DNA from: an uncultured Alphaproteobacteria bacterium
GTDB lineage: Bacteria; Pseudomonadota; Alphaproteobacteria; MPNO01; DASWLB01
Assembly: GCA_963826605.1 (NCBI GenBank)
Contig: CAWGXN010000001.1
Location: 1,495,835-1,559,834 of the forward strand
Direction of reading: 5' to 3'
DNA length: 64,000 nucleotides
Below are positions 1 through 11,992 of this stretch, one piece after another. Position numbers and translations under genes: made by a program. Numbering within the stretch: position 1 is the stretch's first letter; each line of letters opens with the position of its first letter. The notes under the pieces are model-generated. The model saw only the letters and a program-made list of their open reading frames with translations. It did not search any database and had not been told where the DNA came from.

Positions 1-79
1 CGTCGCGCAGTACCTCGATTCGCCGTCGGCGACGCCGCCGCGGCCGCACCCGAACCCACCGAGATGCTAGGAGAGCCTC

Positions 80-506
80 ATGGCCGACGATCCGCAGACC
101 CCCGCGACCGGCGCGCCCGGTGCCCAGGCCCCGCGTGGCGCCCCCGACGCCTCGCGCGGCAACGCCGACCTTCCGCTCGACCCGCTCGAGGCCGCGAGCC
201 GACGACGGCGAGGCGCTGCTCAAGCGGCCCGAGCAGCCGGACGACCTGCCCTCGGGCCACGAGCTCGACGCCGTGTACGACATCCCGGTCCAGGTCTCGG
301 CCGTGCTGGGCAGCACCACCATGCAGGTGAGCCAGCTCCTGAAGCTGGGCCGCGGCGCGGTCGTCGAGCTCGACCGCAAGGTCGGCGAGGCGATCGACAT
401 CTACGTCAACAACCGGCTGGTCGCGCGCGGCGAGGTGGTGGTGGTCGAGGAGCGGCTGGGCATGACCATGACGGAAATCATCAAAGGCGACCACCACGCC
501 TCCTAG
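80..506 (+). CDS. fliN: flagellar motor switch protein FliN (one frameshift near 200-215)
   Basis: C-terminal '[73 protein letters not shown]' is a typical FliN/SpoA domain. ATG at 80 is preceded by AGGAGA. The N-terminal part lies in frame 2 and the C-terminal part in frame 0. Confidence 0.75.
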
Positions 507-530
507 GCGCGGAACGGCGAGATCGGATTC

Positions 531-1382
531 ATGGCACGCACCCAGGCAGCACGGGCACGCACGCAGGCGCACAGGACGAACGGCGACGTCCGCCGCCGCA
601 CGGCCGGCGCTCGACGTCGCGACCGTTCTGGGCCTCGCCAGCGGGTTCGGGCTGGTCGCCATCGCAATGGTGCTGGGCGGCTCGCCCCGCATGTTCCTCG
701 ACGCGCCGTCGCTGCTGATCGTGGTTGGCGGCACGTTCGGCGTCACGCTGACCTGCTTCAGCCTGCGCGACATGGCGGACCGTCCACCGCACCATCGCCA
801 AGGCCGTCGTTCCATTCCGTGCCGCGCGCCGATGCAGAGGCGCGCCGCATGCTCGCCGCTGGCCGAGGAGTGCCCGCAAGCAGGGCATGCTGTCGTTCGA
901 GCAGTCGCTGCCGGCGCTGCGCGGCAACCCGTTCCTTACCAAGGCGATCTCGATGGTGGCCGACGGCTTCCCCGTCGAGGAGGTCGAGCGCGTCATGCGC
1001 CGCGAGATCGACGAGATGACCGGCCGCCACCGCAAGAGCGCGTCGGTGCTGCGCAAGGCCGCCGAGATCGCGCCGGCGATGGGCCTGATCGGCACGCTGA
1101 TCGGCCTGGTCCAGATGCTCGGCAACCTCGACGACCCGTCCACGATCGGCCCGGCGATGGCGGTCGCGCTGATGACCACCTTCTACGGCGCGGTTCTGGC
1201 CAACATGCTTTTCGCGCCGCTGGCCGCCAAGCTGGAGCGCAACTCCGCCGAGGAGGCGCTGGTCTACAACGTCTATCTGCTGGCCGCCGTCTCGATCGGG
1301 CGCAAGGAGAACCCGCGCCGGCTCGAGATGCTGCTCAACGCCCTGCTGCCGCCCGCCCATGCGCGTGCGCGTCTTCGACTGA
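531..1382 (+). pseudogene. motA: flagellar stator protein MotA/PomA family, multiply frameshifted
   Basis: Pieces in three frames: '[49 protein letters not shown]', then '[13 protein letters not shown]...[54 protein letters not shown]', ending 'NPRRLEMLL'. A TGA lies at 1380 in an alternative frame. Exact start and stop are uncertain. Confidence 0.6.
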
Positions 1383-1404
1383 TAGCCCGGAGAGTCACCG
1401 CGAC

Positions 1405-2804
<1,400 letters not shown>

Positions 2805-2851
2805 GCCGACCGGGCCTGCGGCAGTGCCGCGATGACGGCACCGCGTGACCC

Positions 2852-4988
2852 ATGGCTGACGCACAGGCGACGGCACCGGCGGCCGGCGCAGAGAACGCGG
2901 CCGGCTCGAACCCGCTCGAGGCGATCGGCGGGTTCCTGCGCAAGCACGGCGACATCGCGCTCGCGCTCGGGCTGGTCACGCATCCTGGTCGTGCTGATCC
3001 TGCCGATGCCCGAGCTGGCTGCTGGATTTCGCCCTCGCGATCTCGATCACCTTCTCGGTGCTGATCCTGATGACGGCGCTGTTCATCTCGCGGCCGCTCG
3101 ACTTCACGTCCTTCCCGACGGTGCTGCTGATCGCGACGATGCTGCGTCTGGCGCTCAACCTGGCCTCGACGCGGCTGATCCTGGCCAACGGCCACGCCGG
3201 CCCGGCGCCGCCGGCCACGTCATCGAGGCGTTCGGCAATTTCGTCATCGGCGGCAACTTCGTGATCGGCATGATCGTCTTCGCGATCCTGGTGATCGTGA
3301 ACTTCGTCGTCATCACCAAGGGCTCGGGCCGCATCGCCGAGGTCGCGGCGCGCTTCAGCCTGGACGCCATGCCCGGCAAGCAGATGGCGATCGACGCCGA
3401 TCTGTCGGCCGGCCTGATCGACGAGAACGAGGCGCGCACGCGCCGCAAGCAGCTGGAGGACGAGACCAGCTTCTTCGGCGCGATGGACGGCGCGGCCAAG
3501 TTCGTGCGCGGCGACGCGATCGCCGGCCTGCTGATCACCTTCATCAACGTCATCGGCGGCATCGTCATCGGCGTCGCCCAGCAGGGCCTGTCGATCGGCG
3601 ACGCGGCGCACACCTACACCGTGCTGACCATCGGCGACGGGCTGGTCACCCAGATCCCGGCGCTGATCGTCTCGACCGCGGCGGGCATGCTGGTGTCCAA
3701 GGCCGGCGTCACCGGCTCGGCCGACAAGGCGCTGTTCGGCCAGCTCGGCGGCTATCCCACCGCGCTCGGCCATGTGCGTCGTTCCTGACTGCCGCCCTGG
3801 CGCTGCTGCCCGGCATCCCGATGCTGCCCTTCCTCACCCTGTCGGCCCTGACCGGCACGGTCGCGTGGCACCTGCGCGCCCGCAGGGCGCAGGAGGCGCG
3901 AGCGCGAGCGCGCAGGCCGAGGCCGGCAGCCGCCGCCCCGCGCGGAGGAGCCGATCGCCACCGCGCTGCAACTCGACGACGTCCGGCTCGAGCTGGGCTA
4001 CGGCGCTGCTGTCGCTGGTCAACCCCGGCGACGGGCCGATGCTGACCGACCAGATCAAGGCGCTGCGCCGCCAGCTCGCCAACGAGATGGGCTTCGTCAT
4101 GCCCGCCGTGCGCATCCAGGACAACATGCAGCTCGGCGCCAACACCTACGTCATCCGCATCAAGGAGATCGAGGCCGGGCGCGGCGAGCTCCGCCCCAAC
4201 ATGCTGCTGGTCATGGACCCGCGCGGCGAGCCGATCGCGCCTGCCCGGCGAGGACACGACCGAGCCGACCTTCGGCCTGCCCGCCATGTGGGTCGCCGAC
4301 AGCCACCGCGAGGAGGCCGGCTTCCGCGGCTACACCGTGGTCGACCCGCCGACGGTCATCACCACGCATCTGACCGAGGTCATCAAGGACAACATGGCGG
4401 AGCTGCTGTCCTACGCCGAGACCCAGAAGCTGCTCGACGAACTGCGGCAAGGAGCACCAGAAGCTGGTCGCCGACCTGGTCCCGGCGCACATCTCGGTCG
4501 GCGGCGCTGCAGCGCGTGCTGCAGAACCTGCTGTCCGAGCGCATCTCGATCCGCGACCTGCCGACCATCCTCGAGGGCGTCTCCGAGGCCTGCGGCTTCA
4601 CCCAGCACACCACCGCCGATCACCGAGCACGTGCGCGCCCGCCTCGCCCGCCAGATCTCCGACACGGCGCACCGGGCCGGACGGCTACGTCCCGCTGGTC
4701 ACCTTGTCGCCCGAGTGGGAGCAGGCGTTCGCTGGAATCGATCACCGGCCAGGGCGACGACCGGACAGCTCGCCATGGCGCCGTCCAAGCTGCAGGAGTT
4801 CATCGCCAAGGTGCGCGAGACGTTCGACAGGCTGGCGCTCACCGGCGAGACGCGCGGCGCTGCTGACCAGCGGCGCGACGCGCCCCTACGTGCGCTCGAT
4901 CGTCGAGCGCTTCCGCCCGGCCACCATGGTGATGTCGCAGAACGAGATCCACCCCAAGGCCCGGATCAAGACGCTGGGGCAGATATAG
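2852..4988 (+). pseudogene. flhA: flagellar export apparatus protein FlhA, at least 10 frameshifts
   Basis: Recognisable FlhA blocks scattered across frames: '[32 protein letters not shown]', '[48 protein letters not shown]', 'MLTDQIKALRRQLANEMGFVMPAVRIQDN', 'VVDPPTVITTHLTEVIKDNMAELLSYAETQKLLDEL', 'LQRVLQNLLSERISIRDLPTILEGVSEA', C-terminal 'PYVRSIVERFRPATMVMSQNEIHPKARIKTLGQI*'. Confidence 0.75.
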
Positions 4989-5972
4989 ATGAGGCTCAAG
5001 AGCTTCACCGCGCCGAGCATTGGCGAGGCGATGAGCGCCGTCCGTGCCGAGCTGGGCGACGACGCGATCATCGTCGCCACGCGCAACACGCCCGACGGCG
5101 GCGTGCGCGTGACCGCCGCGCTGGAGCCGCGCGAGGCCGACGCCTCCGTGGCCGGGCCCTACGGCACGACCGCCACCGAGGAGGCGATCGACTTCCTGCG
5201 CCGCGCGCTCGACTATCACGGCGTGCCGGTGAAGACGAGCGTGCGCCTGCTCGACACGGTGCGCGCCCGCGACGTGGAGGACAAGGTACTGGGGCTGGGC
5301 GCCGCGCTGGACGACGCGTTCCACTTCGCCCCCCTGCCCGCCCTCGGGCACCCCAAGCCGCTGATGCTGGTCGGCCCGCCCGGCGCCGGAAAGACGGTCT
5401 CCACCGCCAAGCTCGCCGCCCGCGCGGCGCTCGCCGGGCACGACGTCGCCGTCGCCACCGCCGACACGACGCGTGCCGGGGGCGTGCAGCAGCTCTCCGC
5501 CCTCACCGGCGTTCTGGGCATCGAGGCCATGGTCGCCGACACGCCGGAGCGGCTGTTCATCGCCCTCAACGACCGCGCGCCCGCCGCGCTGACCTTGATC
5601 GACACGCCCGGCACCAACCCGTTCGACAAGGACGCGCTCGACCGGCTGGGCGAGCTGGTGGCGTGCGCCGGCGCCGAGCCGGTGCTGGTCCTGGCCGCCG
5701 GAATGGACGCGCGCGAGGCAGCCGAAACCGCGCGCGCCTTCGCCGCCGTCGAGCCCACGCGGCTGTTGTGCGCCCGGCTCGACGCGGCGCGGCGGCTTGG
5801 CGGGCTGATCGCCGCTGCCGAGGCCGGAGGGCTCGCCTTCTGCGACGCCGGCACCAGCCCATCCATCGCCCAGGGGCTCGCGCCCCTCAACCCGGTCGGA
5901 ATCGCCCGCCTGCTGCTGCGCGAGCCGCGCGGCGCCGACGCCGACCTCTTCCTTGCCGAGGCCGCCCAATGA
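4989..5972 (+). CDS. flhF: flagellar biosynthesis GTPase FlhF (short form, intact)
   Basis: 327-aa intact ORF. SRP-GTPase motifs 'LVGPPGAGKTVSTAKLA' and 'LIDTPG'. Starts immediately after the flhA stop. Confidence 0.8.
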   Translation: MRLKSFTAPSIGEAMSAVRAELGDDAIIVATRNTPDGGVRVTAALEPREADASVAGPYGTTATEEAIDFLRRALDYHGVPVKTSVRLLDTVRARDVEDKVLGLGAALDDAFHFAPLPALGHPKPLMLVGPPGAGKTVSTAKLAARAALAGHDVAVATADTTRAGGVQQLSALTGVLGIEAMVADTPERLFIALNDRAPAALTLIDTPGTNPFDKDALDRLGELVACAGAEPVLVLAAGMDAREAAETARAFAAVEPTRLLCARLDAARRLGGLIAAAEAGGLAFCDAGTSPSIAQGLAPLNPVGIARLLLREPRGADADLFLAEAAQ

Positions 5973-6766
5973 ACACCGCCATCTCGTCGATCCTGCCGCA
6001 CCCGGCGCGTCGCGTCGCGGGGCGCAACGTCATCACCGTGGCCTCGGGCAAGGGGGGCGTCGGCAAGACCTGGTTCTCGATCACGCTGGCGCATGCGATG
6101 GCGCGCGCCGGGCGGCGCGTCCTGCTGTTCGACGGCGATCTGGGCCTCGCCAACGTCGACATCCAGCTCGGGCTGACGCCGGAGCACGACCTCGACGCGG
6201 TGCTGGCCGAGCGGGTGGGGATCGACGAGGCGGTCACCCGCTATGCCGAGGGCGGGTTCGACATCCTCGCCGGCCGGTCGGGCTCCGGCACGCTTGCCGC
6301 CCTGCCGCCGGCACACCTGACGGGGCTGCGCGACCAGGTGCTGGAGCTCGCCGAAAGCTATGACGTCGCGATCATGGACCTGTCCGCCGGCATCGAGCAG
6401 CCGGTGCGCGTGCTGTCGGCTGCGGCGGCCGTGCGGCTGGTCGTCACCACCGACGAGCCGACCGCGCTGACCGACGCCTACGCCTTCATCAAGCTCAGCG
6501 TGGCGCGCGTGCCGACGGAATCGCTGCGGGTGGTGGTCAACATGGCGCCGTCGGACCGCGAGGGCCGCCACACCTACGCCACGCTCGCCAAGGCATGCCG
6601 GCACTTCCTGGGGATGACGCCGGCGCTGGCAGGGGTGGTACGCCGCGACAACCATGTGCGCGACGCGATCCGCAGCCAGGCGCCGCTGCTGATCCGCCAC
6701 CCGAACTGCCCGGCCGCCGCCGACGTGATCGCCCTGGCGCGGGGGCTGGAGCCGGCCGGTGGCTGA
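5969..6766 (+). CDS. flhG: MinD/ParA-family flagellar number regulator FlhG/FleN (MotR)
   Basis: ATGA overlap with the flhF stop. Deviant Walker A 'ASGKGGVGKTW'. Intact, about 265 aa. Confidence 0.8.
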   Translation: MNTAISSILPHPARRVAGRNVITVASGKGGVGKTWFSITLAHAMARAGRRVLLFDGDLGLANVDIQLGLTPEHDLDAVLAERVGIDEAVTRYAEGGFDILAGRSGSGTLAALPPAHLTGLRDQVLELAESYDVAIMDLSAGIEQPVRVLSAAAAVRLVVTTDEPTALTDAYAFIKLSVARVPTESLRVVVNMAPSDREGRHTYATLAKACRHFLGMTPALAGVVRRDNHVRDAIRSQAPLLIRHPNCPAAADVIALARGLEPAGG

Positions 6767-7151
6767 GCCTGTGGCGCTCGTGCGCGAGCGGATCGCGACG
6801 CGCGCCAACCCCGGCACGCGGCACGACTACCTGGTGCGGCTCGCCGGCGCGGTGATGCTCGGCGAGGGCACGGCGCACCTTACCCTGCACTACGTGCCGG
6901 ACCGGCTGATCGCCGAGGCCGCCGGGTTCGACTCCTATGTCGCGGCGCTCGGGTCGGTTCGCCACGATTCCCTCGAGGCGCTGGCGACCGCCGTGCTCGA
7001 CGACGTGAACAACGCTCTGGTGCCGCGCTGGGTGCGGGTCGCGCTCGCGGCCGACGCGCCCGCCGCCGCCCACCGCCATGCCGTGCTGATCGAGGACACC
7101 CAGCCCGGCTGGGAGAACGACGCGCTGCTCTCCGTCCTGCCGCCGTTCTGA
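6759..7151 (+). CDS. hypothetical protein (130 aa), translationally coupled to flhG
   Basis: GTG start overlaps the flhG stop (GTGGCTGA). No recognisable domain in 'MAEPVALVRERIATRANPGTRHDYLVRLAGAVMLGEGTAHLTLHYVPDRLIAEAAGF...'. Confidence 0.4.
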   Translation: MAEPVALVRERIATRANPGTRHDYLVRLAGAVMLGEGTAHLTLHYVPDRLIAEAAGFDSYVAALGSVRHDSLEALATAVLDDVNNALVPRWVRVALAADAPAAAHRHAVLIEDTQPGWENDALLSVLPPF

Positions 7152-7158
7152 ACAGCCG

Positions 7159-8796
7159 CTAGATTTCGTACACGACGCGGCCACCGACCATCGTCATCTC
7201 CGCGACGATGTGCGGCAGCGCGTCCTCGTCACAGGTCAGCGGATCGGTCGACAGCGCCACCAGGTCGGCCTGCTTGCCGGGCTCGATCGAGCCCAGATCG
7301 CCCTCGCGGAACATGAGCGACGCGCTGCCGAGCGTCGCTGCGCGCAGCGCCTGCTCGCGCGTCAGCTTCTCGCTCGCTGGCGTGACCTCGCGCCCCCGAT
7401 GATCGCGCCGCGCGACCACCTGATGGATCGCCGCCCATAGTGTAGGCGGGACGTTGTCGGTCTCGAGCCCGACGCGGATGCCTCTGCCCATCAACGTGCG
7501 CAGCGGCATGAAGGTCTCGTCAGCGGGGTTGCCGAACGGATTGCCCGGCGCGTTGCCCTCCTTGTCGATGAAGCGCTTGGCCAGCGGCGTGATGGCGATG
7601 TTGTGGCGCCTGAGGATCGCCATCTCGTCGGCGCTGGCCGCACCGAGATGCTGGCCGATCCAGCGCAATCCGTCGATCGGTGCCTCGGCCGCGACGCGAT
7701 CGAAAATTCGGACGAAGCGCATCGTCAGGCCCGACACCTGGATTTTGTGCCGCGCGGCCGCCACCAGCACGGGAAGAATCTCGTCCTCGGGCAGCCCGCA
7801 GTCGTAGTTGAACCCGGCCCAGCTCGTGTAGGGCGCGGCGGAGGCCCGCGCCTGGCTGTCCGGCCCGCCGCCGATTTCCACGAACATGCCGCCGACCCGC
7901 AGCCAGTCGTCGCCCCTATTGCCGGCGAAGTCCCCCACGCGCCGCACCCGCGCTTCGGGGTCGAGGCCTGACCAGGCCGGGCTGTGGACGAGCTGCGCGC
8001 GGACCGTGAGCCTCCCGTCGCGGTGTGCCGCCTGCCAGACCGTCATCACCTCGTCGGCGATGCCGTGCGGCTCGTGGACCGCAGTCGTGCCGGTCGAATT
8101 GTAGGTGCGCATCGCGCGCGCCAGACCGTCGCGGCGTTGCTCGGCGGTGAAGCGCGGCATGTCGTGGAAGAAGACGAGTTCGACCACCGACGCATGGGTC
8201 TTTTCCTCGAAAATGCCAGTGGGCTCGTCCGCCGCGTCGCGGCAGATGGTCACCGCAGGCGACGGAGCAGGCGTATTGCGGCCCACACCGGCGAGGGCAA
8301 GCGCCCGAGAGTTGGCCGCAGAGACCAGCGTCTCGGCCCGCGGCGCATCGCGCCAGTAGCCCCAGATCGGGCGGATATAAACCGGGTTGCCGGGCGCGGC
8401 GCGATCGAGCGCGTGGCGGTCGGGCGGCGGCGGCGCGTCGCGATATTGCGGCGGGCTGCCGAGCGGCATCGTGACGATCCATTCGCCTGGCCGCGCCTTC
8501 GCCGCCAGCGCGCGGATGCGCTCCAGCACCGCGTCCGTCGTCCGCGCCCCGGCGAGCGACGGGAAGAGGTCCTTCAGCCCCTCGCGGTCCAGATGGGCAT
8601 GCGCGTCGATCAGCCCGGGAATGACCGTGCGCCCGCCGAGGTCGCGCTCGGCAACCCCGGGCCCGGCGCGTTCGCGCATCTCGGCGATGCTGCCGACCGC
8701 CGCGATCCGTTCGCCCTCGACGAGAACGGCGTCGGCGACACGCGAGTCCGGCGAAAGCGTGACGATCCGGCCGCCGGCGAGGATCAGGCGCTCCAC
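7159..8796 (-). CDS. amidohydrolase 3 family metal-dependent hydrolase
   Basis: 545-aa intact ORF. N-terminal 'GLIDAHAHLD' metal-binding motif; the rest is typical of the YtcJ-like amidohydrolase fold. Confidence 0.8.
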   Translation of the reverse strand: MERLILAGGRIVTLSPDSRVADAVLVEGERIAAVGSIAEMRERAGPGVAERDLGGRTVIPGLIDAHAHLDREGLKDLFPSLAGARTTDAVLERIRALAAKARPGEWIVTMPLGSPPQYRDAPPPPDRHALDRAAPGNPVYIRPIWGYWRDAPRAETLVSAANSRALALAGVGRNTPAPSPAVTICRDAADEPTGIFEEKTHASVVELVFFHDMPRFTAEQRRDGLARAMRTYNSTGTTAVHEPHGIADEVMTVWQAAHRDGRLTVRAQLVHSPAWSGLDPEARVRRVGDFAGNRGDDWLRVGGMFVEIGGGPDSQARASAAPYTSWAGFNYDCGLPEDEILPVLVAAARHKIQVSGLTMRFVRIFDRVAAEAPIDGLRWIGQHLGAASADEMAILRRHNIAITPLAKRFIDKEGNAPGNPFGNPADETFMPLRTLMGRGIRVGLETDNVPPTLWAAIHQVVARRDHRGREVTPASEKLTREQALRAATLGSASLMFREGDLGSIEPGKQADLVALSTDPLTCDEDALPHIVAEMTMVGGRVVYEI

Positions 8797-8806
8797 GGAC
8801 GTGGCG

Positions 8807-9613
8807 CTACTTCCCCTGCCAGACGGGCTTGCGCTTCTCCATGAAGGCCGTGCGGCCTTCCTTGAAATCGGCCGAGTCGAAGCACTCCCGCATCACGCGG
8901 GTCATCTGCGCCGGGTCGCGGTCGTGCGCGTCCTTCATCAGCTCGTCGATGGTCATCTTCGAGGCGCGGATCGACAGCGGCGCGTTGTTGATCATCGTCG
9001 CGCAGTAGTCGGTGACGTGCGCCTCGAGCCCGTCCGCCGGCAGGACCCGGTTCACTAGCCCGATGGCGAGCGCCTCGGACGCCGGTAGCCGGCGCGCCGA
9101 GAACAATATGTCCTTGGCGCGCGACGGCCCGACGAGCTGAACCAGCCAGCTCACGAAATCCGTCCGATAGGCGATCGAAAGCCGCGCCGCCGGAATGGCG
9201 AACACCGAATCCTCGGAGGCGATCCGCAGGTCACAGGCCATGGCGATGGCGAGCCCGCCGCCCATGCAGTAGCCGCGGATCATGGCCAGCGTCGGCTTCT
9301 CCATCTCCTTGATGCGCGTGAACAGCCCGCCCGACGTCTCGGCGTACTTCTCCGCCTGGGCCGACGAGGAGCGGTTCTTCTCGAACTCGGAGATGTCGGC
9401 GCCGGAGACGAAGGCGCGCTCGCCCGCCCCCTTCAGCACCACGACGCGGACCGCCGGATCGGCGGCGAACGCGTCGAGCGCCTGGCTCGCCCCGATCGAC
9501 ATCTCGAGCGAGATCGCGTTGTGCTTGGCCGGGTTGTTGAACACCACCCAGCCGATCCCGTTCTCGCTGTGCGCCAGGATCTTGTCGGTCTCCAGCGTAA
9601 TCGCGCCGTCCAT
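8807..9613 (-). CDS. enoyl-CoA hydratase/isomerase (crotonase) family protein
   Basis: 'VVLKGAGERAFVSGADISEF' and 'GYCMGGGLAIAMACDLRIASEDSVFAIPAARLSIAY' crotonase signatures. Start MDGAITLE at 9613. Confidence 0.85.
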   Translation of the reverse strand: MDGAITLETDKILAHSENGIGWVVFNNPAKHNAISLEMSIGASQALDAFAADPAVRVVVLKGAGERAFVSGADISEFEKNRSSSAQAEKYAETSGGLFTRIKEMEKPTLAMIRGYCMGGGLAIAMACDLRIASEDSVFAIPAARLSIAYRTDFVSWLVQLVGPSRAKDILFSARRLPASEALAIGLVNRVLPADGLEAHVTDYCATMINNAPLSIRASKMTIDELMKDAHDRDPAQMTRVMRECFDSADFKEGRTAFMEKRKPVWQGK

Positions 9614-9747
9614 CGTCCCGTCCTTCCGTTGCCTCTCATTGTCACCCCGGACGGCGCGCGAAGCGGGTCGAGCCGGGGTCCATGTCGATATGGGTCCCGG
9701 CTCTCGCCGCCACGGGCGGCTCGGCCGGGATTGACGAGCAGTTTGCC

Positions 9748-10932
9748 CTACACCACCTGGTTCTCGTGCAAGGCGGCGATCTCGGCAGCGGAGTAGCCGA
9801 TCTCGCCCAGCACCTCGTCGGTGTGCTCGCCGCGCTCGGGCGGCGCCTTGGCCAGCGCCGAGGGCGTGCGCGACAGCGTCACCGGCTGGCCGACCAGGTC
9901 GAGCTTGCCGAGCTTCTTCGATTGCACGCTCTGCACCATGTCGAGGTGGCGCACCTGCGCATCGGCGAAGGTCTGGTCGACCGAGTAGATCGGCCCGCAC
10001 GGCACGCCCGCCTCGTTCATCAGGTCGACCCAGTGCTTGCTCGGCTTCGTCCTCACCACCTCGCCCACCCGCGCGTTCACCGAAGCGCGGTTCTTGAGGC
10101 GGATCTGCGGCGTCGCCATCTCCGGGTCGTCCTTGAATTCCGGCTTGCCCAGCGCGTCGCAGAACCGCTCCCACATCCATGGCGTCGGCGCCAGGTTGAT
10201 CGGCGTGTCGGCGGTCTCGAACACGCCGGTCGGCACGCCGGTCGGGTGGTTGTTGCCCTCCTGCTTGGGCAGGTCCTGGCTCATGGTCCAGCGCGCCGCC
10301 TGGAAATCGAGGATGAAGATATTGGCCTGCAGCAGCGAGGACTGCACCCACTGCCCCTCGCCCGACACCTCGCGCTCCAGCAGCGCCGTCAGCGTGCCGA
10401 TCGCCGCCATCAGCCCGCCCGAGACGTCGGCGATGGCGATGCCGGCGCGCATCGGCCCGCGCCCCGGCTCGCCGGTGATCGACATCAGGCCGGACATGCC
10501 CTGCGCCACCTGGTCGACGCCCGGCCGCTTGGCGTAGGGCCCGTCCTGGCCGAAGCCCGAGATCGAGGTGTAGACGAGGCGCGGGTTCACCTTCTTCAGC
10601 GACTCGTAGTCGATGCCGAGGCGGAATTTCACGTCCGGCCGGTAATTCTCGACCAGCACGTCGGCCTTCTCGACCAGCCGCTTCAGCACCGCGACGCCCT
10701 CGGGCTTCTTCAGATCCAGCGTGATCGAGCGCTTGTTGCGGTGCAGGTTCTGGAAGTCCGACCCGTCGCGCCGCCCCATGCCGCCCGAATCCGCGCCCAG
10801 GCTTTCCGGCATCTCGACCATGATGACATTGGCGCCCCAGTCGGCGAACTGGCGCACGCAGGTCGGCCCCGCGCGGACGCGGGTGAGGTCGAGCACCGTG
10901 AAGCGCGACAGCGCCTTCGAAGGTTCGGTCAT
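9748..10932 (-). CDS. CoA transferase family III (CaiB/BaiF)
   Basis: 394-aa intact ORF. 'FTVLDLTRVRAGPTCVRQFADWGANVIMVE' N-terminus and the conserved Asp region 'GIAIADVSGGL'. Confidence 0.85.
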   Translation of the reverse strand: MTEPSKALSRFTVLDLTRVRAGPTCVRQFADWGANVIMVEMPESLGADSGGMGRRDGSDFQNLHRNKRSITLDLKKPEGVAVLKRLVEKADVLVENYRPDVKFRLGIDYESLKKVNPRLVYTSISGFGQDGPYAKRPGVDQVAQGMSGLMSITGEPGRGPMRAGIAIADVSGGLMAAIGTLTALLEREVSGEGQWVQSSLLQANIFILDFQAARWTMSQDLPKQEGNNHPTGVPTGVFETADTPINLAPTPWMWERFCDALGKPEFKDDPEMATPQIRLKNRASVNARVGEVVRTKPSKHWVDLMNEAGVPCGPIYSVDQTFADAQVRHLDMVQSVQSKKLGKLDLVGQPVTLSRTPSALAKAPPERGEHTDEVLGEIGYSAAEIAALHENQVV

Positions 10933-11178
10933 GGCAACTCCTTAACCGGCCGGGACGGGTTTTGCCGATCCTAACCCGGCCGCACAATAATCCCAATTGT
11001 CACCCCGCAAGGCGAGCATCGCGAGCCGATCCGGGGCCCATTCCGCCGAGACCGAGACATCCCGGCATGGCTCCCGGCTCGCACCGCCCTGGGGCTTGGC
11101 CGGGATGACAAGACTAATGAAGCCGGACCTTCCGACAACCCGTCGCGCAGCGGCCTCTTGGTCCCGTGTCGCGCGCTG

Positions 11179-11967
11179 TCACTGGCCGCCGCCGCGCGCG
11201 GTGAGCCCGCCGTCGATCGTCAGCATCGCGCCCGAGATGTAGGACGCGCGCTCCGAGGCGAGGAAGGCGACGACGCCGGAGACCTCGTCCGGCCGCGCCG
11301 GACGGCCATAGGCGTACTTTTCGGCCTGGGTGCTGCGCCACGCCTCGCGCTCGGCGGGCGGGATCTTCTCCTCGGCGATGTTGCGCAGGAAGATCAGCCG
11401 CTCGGTCTCGACCGGGCCGGGGTTAACGCCGCACACGCGCACGCCGTGGCGGATCAACTCGCCGCCCAGCGAATAGGTGAAATGGATCAGCGCGGCGTTG
11501 TTCGGCCCGCCGCAGATGTACCGGGCGCTGGTCGTGATGCCGCCCGAGCCCACGATATTGATGATGACGCCCCGGCCGCGCTCGCACATAGCCTTGTAGA
11601 CGATGCGCGAGATTCCGACATAGCCGAACAGCTTCAGGTCCCACGCCGCGCGCCAGCGGTCCTCGTCCACCTGGTCGAGATCGCCACCGGGCACGGCGCC
11701 CGCGTTGTTGACCAATATGTCGACGCCGGCGCATTCGCGGGCCAGCGCGTCGCGCCGGTCGCGCTGCGACAGGTCCACCGCATGGGTCGTGACCTCGACC
11801 CCGAAGCCCCGGGTGAGGTGCGCTTTCGCCTCGGCCAACTCGTCGGAGTTGCGCGCCGCAAGGTGCAGATTCACCCCCTCGCGCGCGAACTCCTCGGCCA
11901 CCGCGTAGCCGATACCCTTCGACCCGCCGGTGATCAGCGCCGTCTTTCCCTTGAGCCCCAGTTCCAT
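11179..11967 (-). CDS. SDR family oxidoreductase (paralog 1)
   Basis: 'MELGLKGKTALITGGSKGIGYAVAEEF' Rossmann TGxxxGxG motif and 'YKAMCERGRGVIINIVG'. Confidence 0.85.
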   Translation of the reverse strand: MELGLKGKTALITGGSKGIGYAVAEEFAREGVNLHLAARNSDELAEAKAHLTRGFGVEVTTHAVDLSQRDRRDALARECAGVDILVNNAGAVPGGDLDQVDEDRWRAAWDLKLFGYVGISRIVYKAMCERGRGVIINIVGSGGITTSARYICGGPNNAALIHFTYSLGGELIRHGVRVCGVNPGPVETERLIFLRNIAEEKIPPAEREAWRSTQAEKYAYGRPARPDEVSGVVAFLASERASYISGAMLTIDGGLTARGGGQ

Positions 11968-11992
11968 GTGCCGGTCGTCCTCCCCGCTTGAC

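Noticed and set aside
8807-10996. 729-aa 'fusion' ORF (and similar 915-aa 43441..46188, 859-aa 26954..29533, 531-aa 11993..13588, 878-aa 30377..33013)
   Set aside because: These are real genes whose reading frame runs on upstream through the neighbouring gene in a different frame. Real starts were assigned from conserved N-termini and RBS positions.
10997-11242. Small ORFs in intergenic regions (10997..11242, 2067..2261 etc.)
   Set aside because: No RBS, no conserved motif, and they overlap promoter regions of adjacent operons.
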